DNA of 64,000 bases from Vezdaea acicularis. Lineage: Eukaryota. A model generated the notes under the pieces. The model did no database searches. It worked only from the letters and a program-made list of their open reading frames with translations, and had not been told where the DNA came from. Within the stretch, counting starts at the first letter, position 1; each line of letters starts with the position of its first letter. Position numbers and translations under genes: made by a program. Below, piece by piece: positions 39,001 to 51,341 of the stretch. The DNA lies in NCBI GenBank assembly GCA_026025075.1, contig JAPEUI010000087.1, forward strand, positions 1 to 64,000, in the 5' to 3' direction.

Positions 39001-40103
39001 ACTTGGAAATCGTTCTGCATATCCACAAAGAGTTTTCCCCAGTGTTGTTGGTCGCTCGGGAGCGTATTCATGGTCTCTATCCGGATAAGAAACCACCTCT
39101 GGAAATCTAGTAGAGCATCTAAGTTTAGGAAGATATCATGGATGGTATCGCCAGCAATAACTCCACGCTCGTGAACGAGCTTCTTGAACTCTTGCAACGT
39201 TTCTAAATCCTGTACATACTTCCTTTCTGTTGTGACAAGTTCGTTGATGACATGGTCTCGGTGCGTTTTTGCTCGTCCAGTCTCGCCAGTAATCGTGTCT
39301 GCATCACTCTCATCTTCCACCATGGGAGGGAGGAGTAAGTTCTTCTCCTGCAGAATATCTAGAACTTTATTTACAACAGCAGTAACCTATGTATGAGCTC
39401 TGTTAAATTCGGAACCAAGATGTTCAATAAGCTTATAATGGAGACAAACCTTGACGAAGCCAGTTGTATCATCGCCATACAAATCGCGAATCTGAAAGCA
39501 TTGCTCAGCCATGTTGAGATCTATCAAACAAGCTTGTACGAATTTGAACGCCGCTGCTTTGGCTTTCTTTGCCTCCGGCATATTTGATGTATCCAAGTGG
39601 AGAGGTTTGTGAGGCACAAGTGCGTTATAGATGGTCATCAATGGGAACCCTTTTCTAAAGCAGTTCCAAATTGATGTGACTGGGTCAATCATTCCGTCCG
39701 CCCGCCGATTTTCCTCCTCCATTTCTCGCATATGGACCTCGAATCCTGGGACTTGTTGCAGCCGACGCTTCAATGATAAACATATTTGGTAGAGTGATTT
39801 TGAAGCGTCAGCAACTTGGTTTATAATATTGTTGGATGCTGTGATGTTGCCGCCATTAGAGTTTGACGCCGCCATGGTATTCAAAGCTGGCTGAGGAGTT
39901 GAAGCTCCCGCTCGTGGTATTCCGTTCATCCTGGGTGCTTGAGATGATGTGGAGTTCTGAGAAGTGTGACTCTGGGTTTGGTATAACGGGCTTTGCTGAT
40001 GCAGGGCACGAGTTGGAAAAGTATTTGAGGAAGTTGTATATGAGCGCGACGGCATTCCAGGAGAAATCTCCATGGAAGTCATATGGATGTGCTCCACAAG
40101 CAT
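36067..40103 (-). CDS. CDC24: Rho guanine nucleotide exchange factor Cdc24/Scd1 (CH-DH-PH-PB1)
   Basis: CH domain (SLYQICLSL, DLYGDDTTGFVK), DH (ELVTTERKYVQDLE, KPFVRLTKYPMLL), PH (YKIYLFERILLCCK, LQLKGRIFMQNVT) and PB1 (KLRYRDEDGDYV). Introns 39387-39449, 38777-38834, 37742-38524 and 37509-37560. The start codon is uncertain. Confidence 0.95.
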
Positions 40104-42009
40104 CGGGGGAAGAAGCCCTCCACCCTGTGTTGTGAACTTTCAAAGCTTGCGACAGATGCAACCCTTGGTAGTAGTGCTCGGTGATTTGGTACTTTGTCAA
40201 GAATCGCGACCGCGTCCAGATTTATCGACCTGGCCAAGCTGCCAAGGTGGTGAGATGGTAGACTTCGTGACAGAGAAGCAGAAAGAGGGGTTGAGAGTGG
40301 TCGGAAACGGTGAAAGTTCGATTGTCGAGGTCGGTTTTGGCAGGGCGGTTACCACGCGGAAAGTTGAAACATGGAAAGACCTCCTGGTCAGACGACTGCC
40401 CTATCGAGAGCTGGTTCTGCTACCCCAAAAAAGCGAACACGGAACTTGTGGGGAGTCGCCAATCAGGTCACAATCGATACTTGTGGCAGCGACCGGTGAG
40501 GCTGCTGATGGGGTGAAGCCAGATGGTCAACGAGGGCAAGACTTGGACAGAATGGAGAGCAAACGAAGAGCCCCCTGATCCCTATTCCGATCGTCGAATG
40601 GAGTTTGATGGACGAGGTGGTGGGTTGAAGGGTCGAAAATCGAAGGTTTAAGGTCGACGACGGGAGCAGAGATTGGTGGGGGTGGGAGCAGAGGCTGGCG
40701 AATGGCAAGCGCTGGTTGGCTTAGCCCGCTCGGAAAAATTCGAGAGCGGGCGAGTCAGAGGGAGCCAGCGGCCGCTTTCTCGAGCGTGGTGTTCTATCTC
40801 CTCAGCACTTTTTCTTGTTTGTCACAACCGTCCTCCTGCGATCCTGATGCGCTTGTATGTCGGCCAGAGGGTGGAAGACGGCACGCCAAGCCTGGGTGGA
40901 GAATTCGGAGAGGATGAGGAATGCATACCCTCCTCTTTGCTTTCTGCTCGAAGAAGGATCTCTTCGTGCAGTAGGAGCAAATGGGTACGAAGTATGAAGT
41001 CTTCGAGAGGATAACGGAGGATGCGGTACTTCAGCTCGCATTTCAGCCTTACGGCGAATACATTTCACGTTTCATCTGATACCTCCACCAGCAGGCTGGG
41101 CATGCGTGCAAGATTCTGCTTCAGAATTCATTATAAGCAATAGTGTAGGGTGGCATGGCCACTTCTTGAGTATACACCTCGTTGAAGACCATGAGCCACC
41201 GACGCATAACGTGGTGGACGGTCTAGAGTCACCGGCGTCACACCATATTAAACGCCTGATTATGCTAAAGCTACTCCTTGCAATTATCCCGGATTATTGG
41301 GGTATTTTCCAGAGCCAGACCAGTAACCTCGAGTGTGACCAAAGGTCTTCGTGCTTAATTGGAGTGGGGAATTGAGAAACAAAGTAACGAAAGCGACGCC
41401 TAGCATGAAGAATCCCCATCAAATAGCGTTCTAGCTTTGAAACTGGAAATAAGTCACACGCACTTTCGAGGAGCGTATCAATAACCCCATGAAGCGCAGT
41501 GTCAGCCCTTCGCCATACTCGCCCGATCTGATGAGTATCTTCGTCCTTTGCAGAAGACTTTTCAGGCGGTTACAGCAGGTTCCGTCGTCTACGTAACTAT
41601 TTGAAGCGCCACCATTGGTCCAGGTTGTCCAGAACCTTCGCCTTGTACACTTCAAGTACTCGTCGATGTATATCGCAATCTACTAACGCTTCGAGTCTTT
41701 CTGGTGTCGCTATCTCCTCCCGAAGAGGGCACGTTTTTGGTTGAGTGACCTTACTTCGTTGACAGCCACCGCGTAGATGCCACGATCACGTGCTCTGGTC
41801 CGATCGGGCCAGGTCGGTCCTCCGAAGCGAAGAAGAAACCGATGGATATTTCTACACTCGTCACCGCATCTGCTCTTAACCCTCTTACGGGGGCCGACGG
41901 CCTCAAGTCTGATTGTTCCACACGGCGATATACGCAAGTGTATGGACTTAGTCGCGATCTATACTGATAGTCCTTCTTTGCACCCCGGCCACGGGCCGCT
42001 TCTGTCACT

Positions 42010-44734
42010 ATGGCTTTCCATAATCCCGCCAACCTTCAGGTAAGGCTCGCCACGCGTTGCATTTGCCTCATACACTATCTTTCCACTGATGATAACCCGT
42101 CGATAGAGTATAGCAAATGCTTCGAAGGAGATCTGGCCTTCAATATCTGGTGTGTTTTCATCCCCATGGGCAACCGTACGGCATCAGGCATCTAGCAGAG
42201 GCCTATCGCGGAACGCCGTAGCTGCCAACACCCCGAAGAAGTCGGTAGCCGAAGAAAGTTCAGACAAAGCTAAGGTGATATAGCTCAGTGTGGGGATCAA
42301 GAAGTCATGCTGACATGTCTAGAACATCACTGGGTTTCCGCTGCCTGATATCTTGGATTCTCTTCCAATGTCCACTTTCCGCTTTAGACCAGCGACTAGG
42401 GCTATCCAAGAAATTCGGGAAGCAAATGAACTTCATGGCACAATAAGCTCTATCTCAAGCTGTAAGCTGCAAATCATAAATTCCCTGTGCTCTGTTCTGA
42501 CATCTCTTTAGTATCACCCAGGACGCTGCGGCTCGCCAATCCTATGTCACCGAAGTTGTATACTATGCCAAGCTCAGCCCGGAGCTATTCGACCCTTCTA
42601 CGCCCAATGACTTCCAGGTTCATGACAAACCGGAATGGTACCCTCATGGAGAAAGTGCCCCGCCGGTCATTATTTGGGTCAAACTCTAGTCGTAACCTAC
42701 TGGCGCATATGGAACAGACTGCAAATAACAACCCACAAAGTGCTACTGCACAGAACGGCTTTTATCAGGCCCTCTTACGCGCAAATATGCCAGAAATTGT
42801 TGTCGAAAGATATCAAACTGGTCGCTTCGCAACGAATGCTGCATGTGAAGCGACTTACCTACGCGCGTTGGAAAAGCTTGGCCAGAGTGAGAAGACAGGG
42901 GCCATCTTGGGACAGTCTGCTGTACAGGGTCAAGACGGAACTCTCGGCGCGGATCAGCTGCGGGCTATCGGTCAGGCCGTTGCCGCTCAATCACGCGGTA
43001 GTAACATCGGTCTTACCCGAAGTGGAAGCGCTGCGAATGGCACTGGCGCTAAAGAGAGCCCATTGTATGTCGTTGTCGACGAAACGATTGGAGGGACCGT
43101 TTTCAAATGGGTCAAATTCCTCTTATACTTTGGGCTTGTAGGGTATCTCTCGCTGGTCTTCATCACTCTAACTATCGAAGCCACTGGTGTTTTCAGAAGG
43201 GTTGGAGCAACCCAAAACAATGAAGCAAAACCCGAGCATCAGACGACTCGTTTTGACGATGTTCATGGCTGCGATGAAGCTAAAGAAGAGCTACAAGAGT
43301 TGGTTGAATTCTTGAAGAATCCAGAAAGGTTTTCGACCCTTGGTGGGAAGCTCCCGAAAGGGGTACTCCTTGTTGGCCCTCCAGGGACTGGAAAGACGCT
43401 GCTAGCGCGCGCTGTTGCTGGAGAAGCAGGAGTTCCCTTCTTTTTCATGTCCGGTAGCGAGTTCGACGAGGTTTACGTCGGTGTTGGCGCTAAGAGAGTC
43501 AGGGATCTTTTCAATTCCGCTCGAACGAAGGCCCCTGCTATTATATTCATCGACGAACTGGATGCTATTGGGGGCAAAAGGAATGAGCGAGACGCTGCAT
43601 ATGCCAAACAAACGCTCAATCAACTGCTTACCGAGTTAGATGGTTTCTCACAAGATACTGGAGTTATCATCATCGCAGCAACGAATTTCCCTCAACTACT
43701 TGACAAAGCCTTGACTCGGCCGGGACGATTTGATCGTAATGTTGTTGTGCCACTTCCCGATGTTCGCGGCCGTGTCGCCATTCTGAACCACCACATGAAG
43801 AATGTCCAGACAGGACCCGACGTTGACTCAACTGCCCTTGCGCGGCAGACTATCGGATTCTCTGGGGCAGACTTAGAAAATGTTGTCAATCAAGCCGCGG
43901 TGCGGGCCAGCAGGAACAAGTCGCCGAAAGTCTCCATGGTAGATTTTGAGTGGGCCAAAGACAAGATCATGATGGGAGCGGAGAGGAGAAGTGCTGTTAT
44001 TCAACAGAAAGACAAAATCATGACTGCCTATCATGAAGGGGGGCATGCTCTCGTAGCCATGTACACCGAAGCCGCCAATCCCCTTTACAAAGCAACAATC
44101 ATGCCGAGAGGTATGGCTCTCGGAATGACGTCTTTTATGCCCGAAATGGACAAAGTCTCTCAAGCTAAGAAAGAACTTCTCGCAACGATCGATGTTGCCA
44201 TGGGCGGTAAGGTTGCTGAGGAGCTAGTTTACGGGCATGAGAATGTGACTAGCGGAGCTTCCTCAGTAAGTCTAGACCCTTCATTTTTGTTGCTATCTAC
44301 TAATCTGGTGATAGGATCTTCAAAATGCTACTCGTGTCGCATATGCCATGGTCACACAATACGGCATGTCAGACGAACTAGGAAGTGTTGACTTGGACTA
44401 CAACTATGCTCGCTTATCGCCTGACACCAAACGATCCATCGAGAACGAGGTTCGACGTCTGATAGAAGACGGTCACTCCCGAGCGATGCACATTCTAGTT
44501 AGCAGACGAAAAGAACTTGATCTTCTCGCCAACGCATTGGTCGAATACGAGACCCTTGACAAGGGCGAGATAGAGAAGGTTGTACGGGGTGAGAAGCTAC
44601 CGGACAAAATTAAAAGCCTGCCTGGCATAGCGATCAAGCTACCGGAGGTTTTGTTACCCCCTAGATTTGAGGAAGAATCACCGAAGAATGTGGGGTCGGG
44701 GTCGAGTAGGAAACCTGGAGAGAGTGTAGCATGA
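42010..44734 (+). CDS. YME1: Mitochondrial i-AAA protease
   Basis: Walker A GPPGTGKT, Walker [19 protein letters not shown] and zinc motif HEGGH. Short 5' exons begin at ATG 42010; intron 44266-44313. Confidence 0.95.
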
Positions 44735-44935
44735 TGTGGCATTACTGCAAGGAAGACCCAATCTCGATAAGGTCTGGCGTTATACAATACGGTTGCATAC
44801 CACTAAATTTCCTTTGTTGTGCAATTGCATGCGTGGTTAGCATGTGGGTCTGCTATGTCTAAAATTCTGTATTCGCTTCATGCAGCAGACTTGAATATTA
44901 CCCGTTCATTAGCTAAATTCATCACCGACCTGTGT

Positions 44936-46081
44936 CTAAAAACTATCCCCGGGGTTCCAGGGCCTCCCCATTTCTGCTGCCCTATTTTTGGGATCATTCC
45001 CACGACGGAATGCTTCGTCGCGCTTTTCGAGTAGTTCTCTACGCACCTCACTGAGCTCTTCTCTCAAGCCGCTTTCTTCTCCCCCTATTTCTCGGTAGAA
45101 TTTCAGCTGGGCCTCCAATTCGTCTTGACGCTCACGCAAGTCAAACCAAGCAGCCATATTCGCTGCGGATCCAAAGCAAACGCCATATCCGTCACAGTAG
45201 CACTCGTTCATAGGGGGACATAAGGTGCTATTTCCCGTGAAAACATACTGCCATGTATACTCCCATATTCTTCCAGAGAGCGAGTCACTAAGATTTGTGG
45301 TTAGAAGCCAGTCTTGATAGCGGGTCCAGCTCTCAAGAGAGATTGATCGAATGCGATCTCTAGATGCTGCAAATTGAGCGCAGCATGGCTGGGCGAGGAT
45401 TTTAGGCATAGGATCTCCCGGATGGAGCTCGTCCCATACGTTCGCAAACACCGCTTCTTCCTTTTTGTTGATGTCTTCGGAAGTGGTGTCTAGGTGCAAC
45501 CATTCCGGGCACCCAGGGTGTAAATGGCAGCGAAGATTAAAGTAGCCTTCTCGTGCGACCTTCTGATTGCTCAATCGATGTATCATGTGCCCAGTGTTTC
45601 CATCAAGGAGATCGTTGTTGTGCCATGAGCTCTGGTGGGAATGGATAAATATGACAGTATCGGGTAGATTGTCATAGTTTTCAATGATGTACGTCAGGTA
45701 AACCATGGATTCATGTCCTTTGTTGGTTGGTGGTTGGAGAGCAGCAGATGGGTCATCGACTGTGTATACAGCCTTCGCAATGTTCGGCAGTTCCCTTTCT
45801 AGCCAGCTCACATCCTCTGATTTGAGCCGTGCAACAACTACACATTGCGTGTACTTGGATTTGACTGATATCTTGGGATCCGAGCTGACTGTAGCCTCTG
45901 TCGCTGAAGGTTGTTTCGGTCTAATCGATGGCGTACCCGACGATCCAAGAGGCACCTTCGAGACACCTAGATCCAATTTTCTGGACCCTTTCTTGTTGAT
46001 CCAGAGAGATTGATGTGTATAAATGTAGATGACGATAGTTATGCAGATGATATATAAGAGGTTCCGATGAATAGTGGGCAT
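44936..46081 (-). CDS. DUF3431-family type II membrane protein
   Basis: N-terminal TM; NKGHESMVYLTYIIENYDNLPD, FIHSH...WHND, PCCAQFAASRDRI and SGRIWEYTWQ. Confidence 0.88.
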   Translation of the reverse strand: MPTIHRNLLYIICITIVIYIYTHQSLWINKKGSRKLDLGVSKVPLGSSGTPSIRPKQPSATEATVSSDPKISVKSKYTQCVVVARLKSEDVSWLERELPNIAKAVYTVDDPSAALQPPTNKGHESMVYLTYIIENYDNLPDTVIFIHSHQSSWHNNDLLDGNTGHMIHRLSNQKVAREGYFNLRCHLHPGCPEWLHLDTTSEDINKKEEAVFANVWDELHPGDPMPKILAQPCCAQFAASRDRIRSISLESWTRYQDWLLTTNLSDSLSGRIWEYTWQYVFTGNSTLCPPMNECYCDGYGVCFGSAANMAAWFDLRERQDELEAQLKFYREIGGEESGLREELSEVRRELLEKRDEAFRRGNDPKNRAAEMGRPWNPGDSF

Positions 46082-47407
46082 CGTGTTGATTCATTTGCTA
46101 TGGTAACGAGAGCCTCATCCGACATGCTTCACTCCGACGGGCCTATGCAATTGCGCCCCTAGCCAACAAGGTCAGCTTACGTTCCGAGGATCAGACCTGG
46201 GCATCAAGCAGACCATTAAAGAACTGGCTTCGTTCATAGGCAGGCCCTCTAACAGCCGTGGTCCTATAATAACTGACTTATTTCAACAAACGTGGAGGTA
46301 GTATGTCAAAGACTTAATCTCCCATTTAGTGATAGAGGACAACTTGTATATTATAGAAGTTTTCCGCGGAAGGTTTTATATGTTCTTGAGACACAATACC
46401 CAAAAATTGGAGGAAAAGCCCATCTATGATAGGCAAGCAGCAAGCAAGCAGGAGTTTGCTTCCGGGACAAGCTGCAGTCGAGAGATAGCGCAAAATTTGC
46501 TGAAGTGCGACGAGAAGTTATGACTAGAAGGTGAATAGGCAGAATGGAGAAAAGAACAGAGCTCGGCGTGAATATCGTCGATCCGGGCTGTGTCTGACAA
46601 ACCCCCCAAAGCTTACATATGAAACGAGACTTTTGTGGACGGGCACAGAACAAGCAGGGAATGCATGAGCAACATTTGCACCCCGGTAAGACAGGATCAG
46701 TCTATTGCTGAGCAGACAGCAACGTTCATTGCAATAATCCTTGACGGATCCGCACATCTCATAGGTTGTACACGCGGTGGAAGGCCTACGCGAATCGCGT
46801 GCCAGAGATAATCCGCGCCAAGTCGGGATGATCTTCCACCCGCCCACGCCGCCTACATATGAGCCGCAGGATATCTCTAGCTTCAACGACACAAAGTCAG
46901 TTCAGGGCAGATTTCAGGATCTCTGACACATATTCGAGATCGTAGTTAGCCGCCTGATGTGGTTGCAGCATTGAGGATAGGGGCTACCGCATACTACTAT
47001 GTGTATTGTGAAGGTGCGCTTCCGTCGTTTGGCGCCTCGTATCCTTCCTGCAATTCGATCTTGAGTCATAACATGGTTGATGGATGCCATACCGTCCCAA
47101 CTCAGGTGTACATCCCGTGGTGTGGCCTTTGCAACCGCGAAACTTTTTGTTCTACTAATTTAGAGAGGCAACCGGGCGACGTCTTACTTCTATTGAGGGG
47201 TTCACTGCTTTTCGCGTATACCTGTGAAGTCCGAACGCACGAATAGATGCTGGCAACGAGACATAATACACAAAAGCTGTCACGGAACTTATCATACCGC
47301 ATAGAGCTGGTTTTGGTGGTGCCACCCAGCGGTTGGCCTCTGCCATACGGCACCCTTGTCATGAGATTGTTATGGAGTCTAGACTAGAAAATCACGTAAC
47401 ATGATGA

Positions 47408-48237
47408 TTACTTTTTTTTCATGTCTCCCATCCAAGATCTCATGAGCTTCGCGCTCTCGTGTGCAGAACGGAACACTAGATGAAGACGATAATCAGCTAG
47501 AGCACGAATGTGCAGAGGGCATTGGGAGGAGAGATCAGCCTACATTGCCTCTCGGTCTCATCTAGCCCTCTAAGGAAGTCCGCCCCTTCCCCTAGAGCTC
47601 CTCTTGGGTTGTGTGCATGGTCCGCTATCTCGGCTGCGCGGATCTTAAATGTCTGAAAACATCAGTGTCAGTGGGGTTTGCGGTTATGGAGGTGCCAATG
47701 GGATCTGCATACTTCAATCAGCACGTCCGCAATTTCCTCCTCTTCAAATAGTTCCAACATTCGCGCACCCAGGCTGTAGAAATGTGAAGCCTGGCTTCTG
47801 AGATCAACAGTCCGTGGGTCAGCTTTGAGAGCGTTTAGGACCCTTTGCGATAGTGCATTTGGAAGATCTAAACGAACTAGTGACGGGGTCCCTAGCTGGT
47901 ACCTTCGAACGTATTGTTAATCATAAGGTAGAACCTTGAAGTGTGAAGGGACTAATGGATACCCTATGGCAAGCATTACACCAAGCCATAATGGTACGTC
48001 GACTCTGGTGCCCTGCTTTAACTACGATATATGTTAGTGTTTGCGGCGGTAAATCAGTAAATCTTGGGTTCTTACATCTCCTCCAGCATTCCCATCCAGA
48101 TACCCTAAGTCAGGTACATCTAACTCAAATGTACAGGGAACTTTCTGTTCGATGTTAACAATCGCCCTCCATGGAATATTTCCTGTATGAACCTGAGCAT
48201 CCGTCAAGATAGAATCAATGTCATAATACGAGCCCAT
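47408..48237 (-). CDS. PSF3: GINS complex subunit Psf3
   Basis: Spliced frame MGSYYDIDSILTDAQ|KVPCTFELDVPDLGYL...|LKQGTRVDVPLWL...NALKADPRTVDLR...DFLRGLDETERQLF; six short exons. Confidence 0.93.
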
Positions 48238-48544
48238 GCTCGTATTGCACTGCAAGCATAGCAACTTGTGCTGTTTTGAGGACTGATGCTTATTTGAAAG
48301 TAATTAAACCAGACTATCGTTCCACAATTACACCTTATAAACATGGAGGGATTTGGTAAACTTTCCCATGCTGGGGTAATGCAAGCGAGGTGAATGGGGA
48401 GGTTTTCTAGAGCAGGAATGACGTTTTTAACGCTTACAGCTGTTTCGCTTCTCAATAGATAGAAACCTCGAAACGAGCTCAAGATTATTTCTGGGACCGA
48501 CTGCGGGATAGATATTCAGCTCCATCGTAACCTCAATCTTCATT

Positions 48545-49416
48545 ATGTCAATTATTCTTTCCCGCCCATCCACCGCTCGAGTGGCCCTTCGAGCTGGTTC
48601 AGTTGGTGGCTACCGGACAAGCGGCATCACCGGTATAAGCTTCACTCGAGGCAAAGCCACTTTACCTGACCTGAATTGTGCGTTGTAAATCTCAGTATAA
48701 CTTACGGGCCCGTGACAGTCTTAGCTTAATATTTAACTCTATAGATGACTATGGTGCGCTTGAACCGGCCATTTCCGGTAAGATTATGGAACTACACCAT
48801 AAAATGCACCACAATACCTACGTCAATTCTTTCAACGACGCCACGGAGAAGATGGCGGCAGCCGAGTCCAAATCCGATGTTGCTTCTCAAATAGCTTTGC
48901 AACCTCTAATTAATTTCCATGGCGGCGGGCACCTCAACCACAGCCTATTCTGGGAGAATCTTGCACCCAAGAGCTCTGGCGGCGGTGAACCACCCTCTGG
49001 AGCGCTCGCGAGCGCAATCGAAGAGTCATACGGTGGCTTAGATAGCTTTAAGACAAAGTTTAACACGGCGCTAGCAGGAATTCAAGGCAGCGGATGGGCT
49101 TGGTTGGTGAAGGATAATGAAACGGGCCATGTTAGCATTAGAACATATGCCGTAAGTTGAGATGTCTCTTATCCATGATATATGCACAAGCTCACCTCAA
49201 TGTTCTCTCAGAACCAAGATCCGGTGGTCGGTAAATTCACACCACTCTTGGGCATTGATGCGTGGGAACATGCATACTAGTGAGTAACGAACGCTGGGTA
49301 GCTTGATTACGAATGCTGACATGACTAGCCTACAATATCAAAACCGTAAGGCGGAATATTTCAAAGCAATCTGGGAGGTCGTTAACTGGAAGGCGGCGGA
49401 GAAACGGTTTGCGTAA
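48545..49416 (+). CDS. SOD2: Mitochondrial Mn superoxide dismutase
   Basis: Arg/Ser-rich presequence; YGALEPAISGKIMELHH, FHGGGHLNHSLFWE, QGSGWAWL and GIDAWEHAYYLQY; three introns. Confidence 0.97.
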
Positions 49417-49588
49417 TCAGATTTGTGGTAACTATTGTCTGTATATTACCAATGTGGCAGTCACTAAAACAACCTGCTCGGCGAGTCCATAATATCTTCG
49501 GGCTTCAGCTAAATGAAGTCTTTCCATCGGTATCCAAAACCTACCAATTATCGCGAAATCACCTTGCAATAGGATGAACGGTTTCTCG

Positions 49589-50681
49589 CTACGGCCACCC
49601 ATCTTGACCTCTGCCCACCTCCGGCCAACCACGTGGAATAGTGGCATAAGGCGCAAGAGTATATCTCCCTTCGCAGCCGGCCTCATCGCATAAAAGGTCA
49701 CATAACCCAAAGGTCTTGCAGTAGCATACTTGTGCATTAGGACAATGAACTGGAGGTTTACCAAAGATCACTTGTCGTATCGTCAGCCTTAAGAGCGGGA
49801 TGGAGAACAGGTTATTGACATACTATGCCAGCCGTATTCTAGGATACGACCACTAATGGCGTCACTTAATGTTGTGTCTAGAATCCATTGTCGATATCTT
49901 TCGTAGTCTGCTTGGGGTCTTTCACGAATCTTCTCCCTTGTGACAGCAAATTGGGCACAACAGCTCACGCCTATTACATCAGGAACAGTGGCATTTGGGA
50001 AGAGTTCCAAAAATGCCTTTTCGTACTCGTTTTCAGTCTGTACTCTGCTATCCCCTTCCCTCTTCTTTTCGCCGCTTTTGACTGGTTTGATCTCTTCGGG
50101 ACATCCGAGAACCCAAGCACACCGTAGATTCGCATACCCTTCCGCACGAACATGGGGAAGCTGCAAATTTTGCAGTACGGGAAGCCCATCGTAGATCGGG
50201 TCGTCATTATGCCATTGGTAGCGAAGACTATGCATGAAAACCATATAATCAGGAAGATCGTCATAATTATCCAAAATGTAGCTATTAAATGTAAGTTTTC
50301 AGCGGTCGACGACTCTCCTTAAGGGTCTGAAAGTGCGTACCTCAAGTAAACCATAGATTCCCGTCCCTTGTTTTTCGGCACCGTTAAACTGGCGTTGGGA
50401 TCGTCAACAACGTAGACGTTGGCTTTCCAATCTGGAAGATATTCAGCCAGCCATGATGTTGCATCAGAGCTTAAGCTTGCAACAACTAGTTCCTTATATC
50501 GCATTTTCTCTTGTGGCCGTGAAACCGATTTCGCAGGGGTCCCGAACCCTTTGTCGAAGTTCTCAAGAGCATGGTTTTGTTGGTCGCCAGAGTCCAGCTG
50601 GCGCACAGCGTACAGCACCCATAAGGCGCAAAGCACGAAAAGAACAGTCCTCGGTCGGACGTGGCGTCGAAGATCAGTCAT
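49589..50681 (-). CDS. DUF3431-family protein (second paralog)
   Basis: N-terminal TM; PKNKGRESMVYL, FMHSLRYQWHNDD, CCAQFAVTREKI and SGRILEYGWH; two introns. Confidence 0.88.
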
Positions 50682-51341
50682 GCAGTCTGTTGACAGCAAC
50701 TTCAGGTCGAGCTTTCTGACTCCAGCATCACGACGACAAGCTTTTGTGAGGCTACTGCAGCATTAACGAATTGGAGATTAGCCACAACGTGCATGCATCG
50801 ACCTACGCCACGGCCGTTTCATTTTCTAGCCTATTTATTCCACGTAAACGTGACTTGCGCCTGGAGCGCAATCAATTTTGGCCACGAATCGTGCTCAGGC
50901 TTTCGTTGCTGTGTTGATTGCCTCTCATTTCTCAACAACTTTAGACCTTCCTAGTTGCTGGAGTATGAAGACTTCATTGAGCTGGGGATTAGCATCGTGA
51001 GGGGTGTACTCGGCGGCTAATTTCCTCTTGCAGGGTCGAAACGCAGCTGCCGTAGTCCCTGGGGTTAGGAACAGGGGGCCTTATGTAGCCGTCCTTCGCG
51101 CTTAAATGTTGGTCCTCTGCGCCAGACCCCTTCATGAGAGTGGCGGCCATCGCGTTTCAGGATGCTTCACTTCGCGCCGTGCTGTTTAATGGGAGACCTC
51201 CCGCTGGATAATGCATAACAATCCTCCAGCGACAGCTTATGGCTATGTCGGCATGATATCTTCCACGGCAGCTTTTACTTCCTTATTGTTCTCATCTCCC
51301 CTAACTTGTGTATTGTCGCTGGATTGTGCCCAAAAGTTTGA

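Noticed and set aside
41528..41565. CTGATGAG followed by a small hairpin, resembling a hammerhead ribozyme core
   Set aside because: There is no GAAA after stem II and no supporting stems I/III.
41430..41700. Protein-like fragment on the minus strand (VLEVYKAKVLDNLDQWWRFK)
   Set aside because: It is short, interrupted by stops and of no recognisable family.
46100..47350. Short ORFs between DUF3431 and PSF3
   Set aside because: I found no coherent exon structure or motif.
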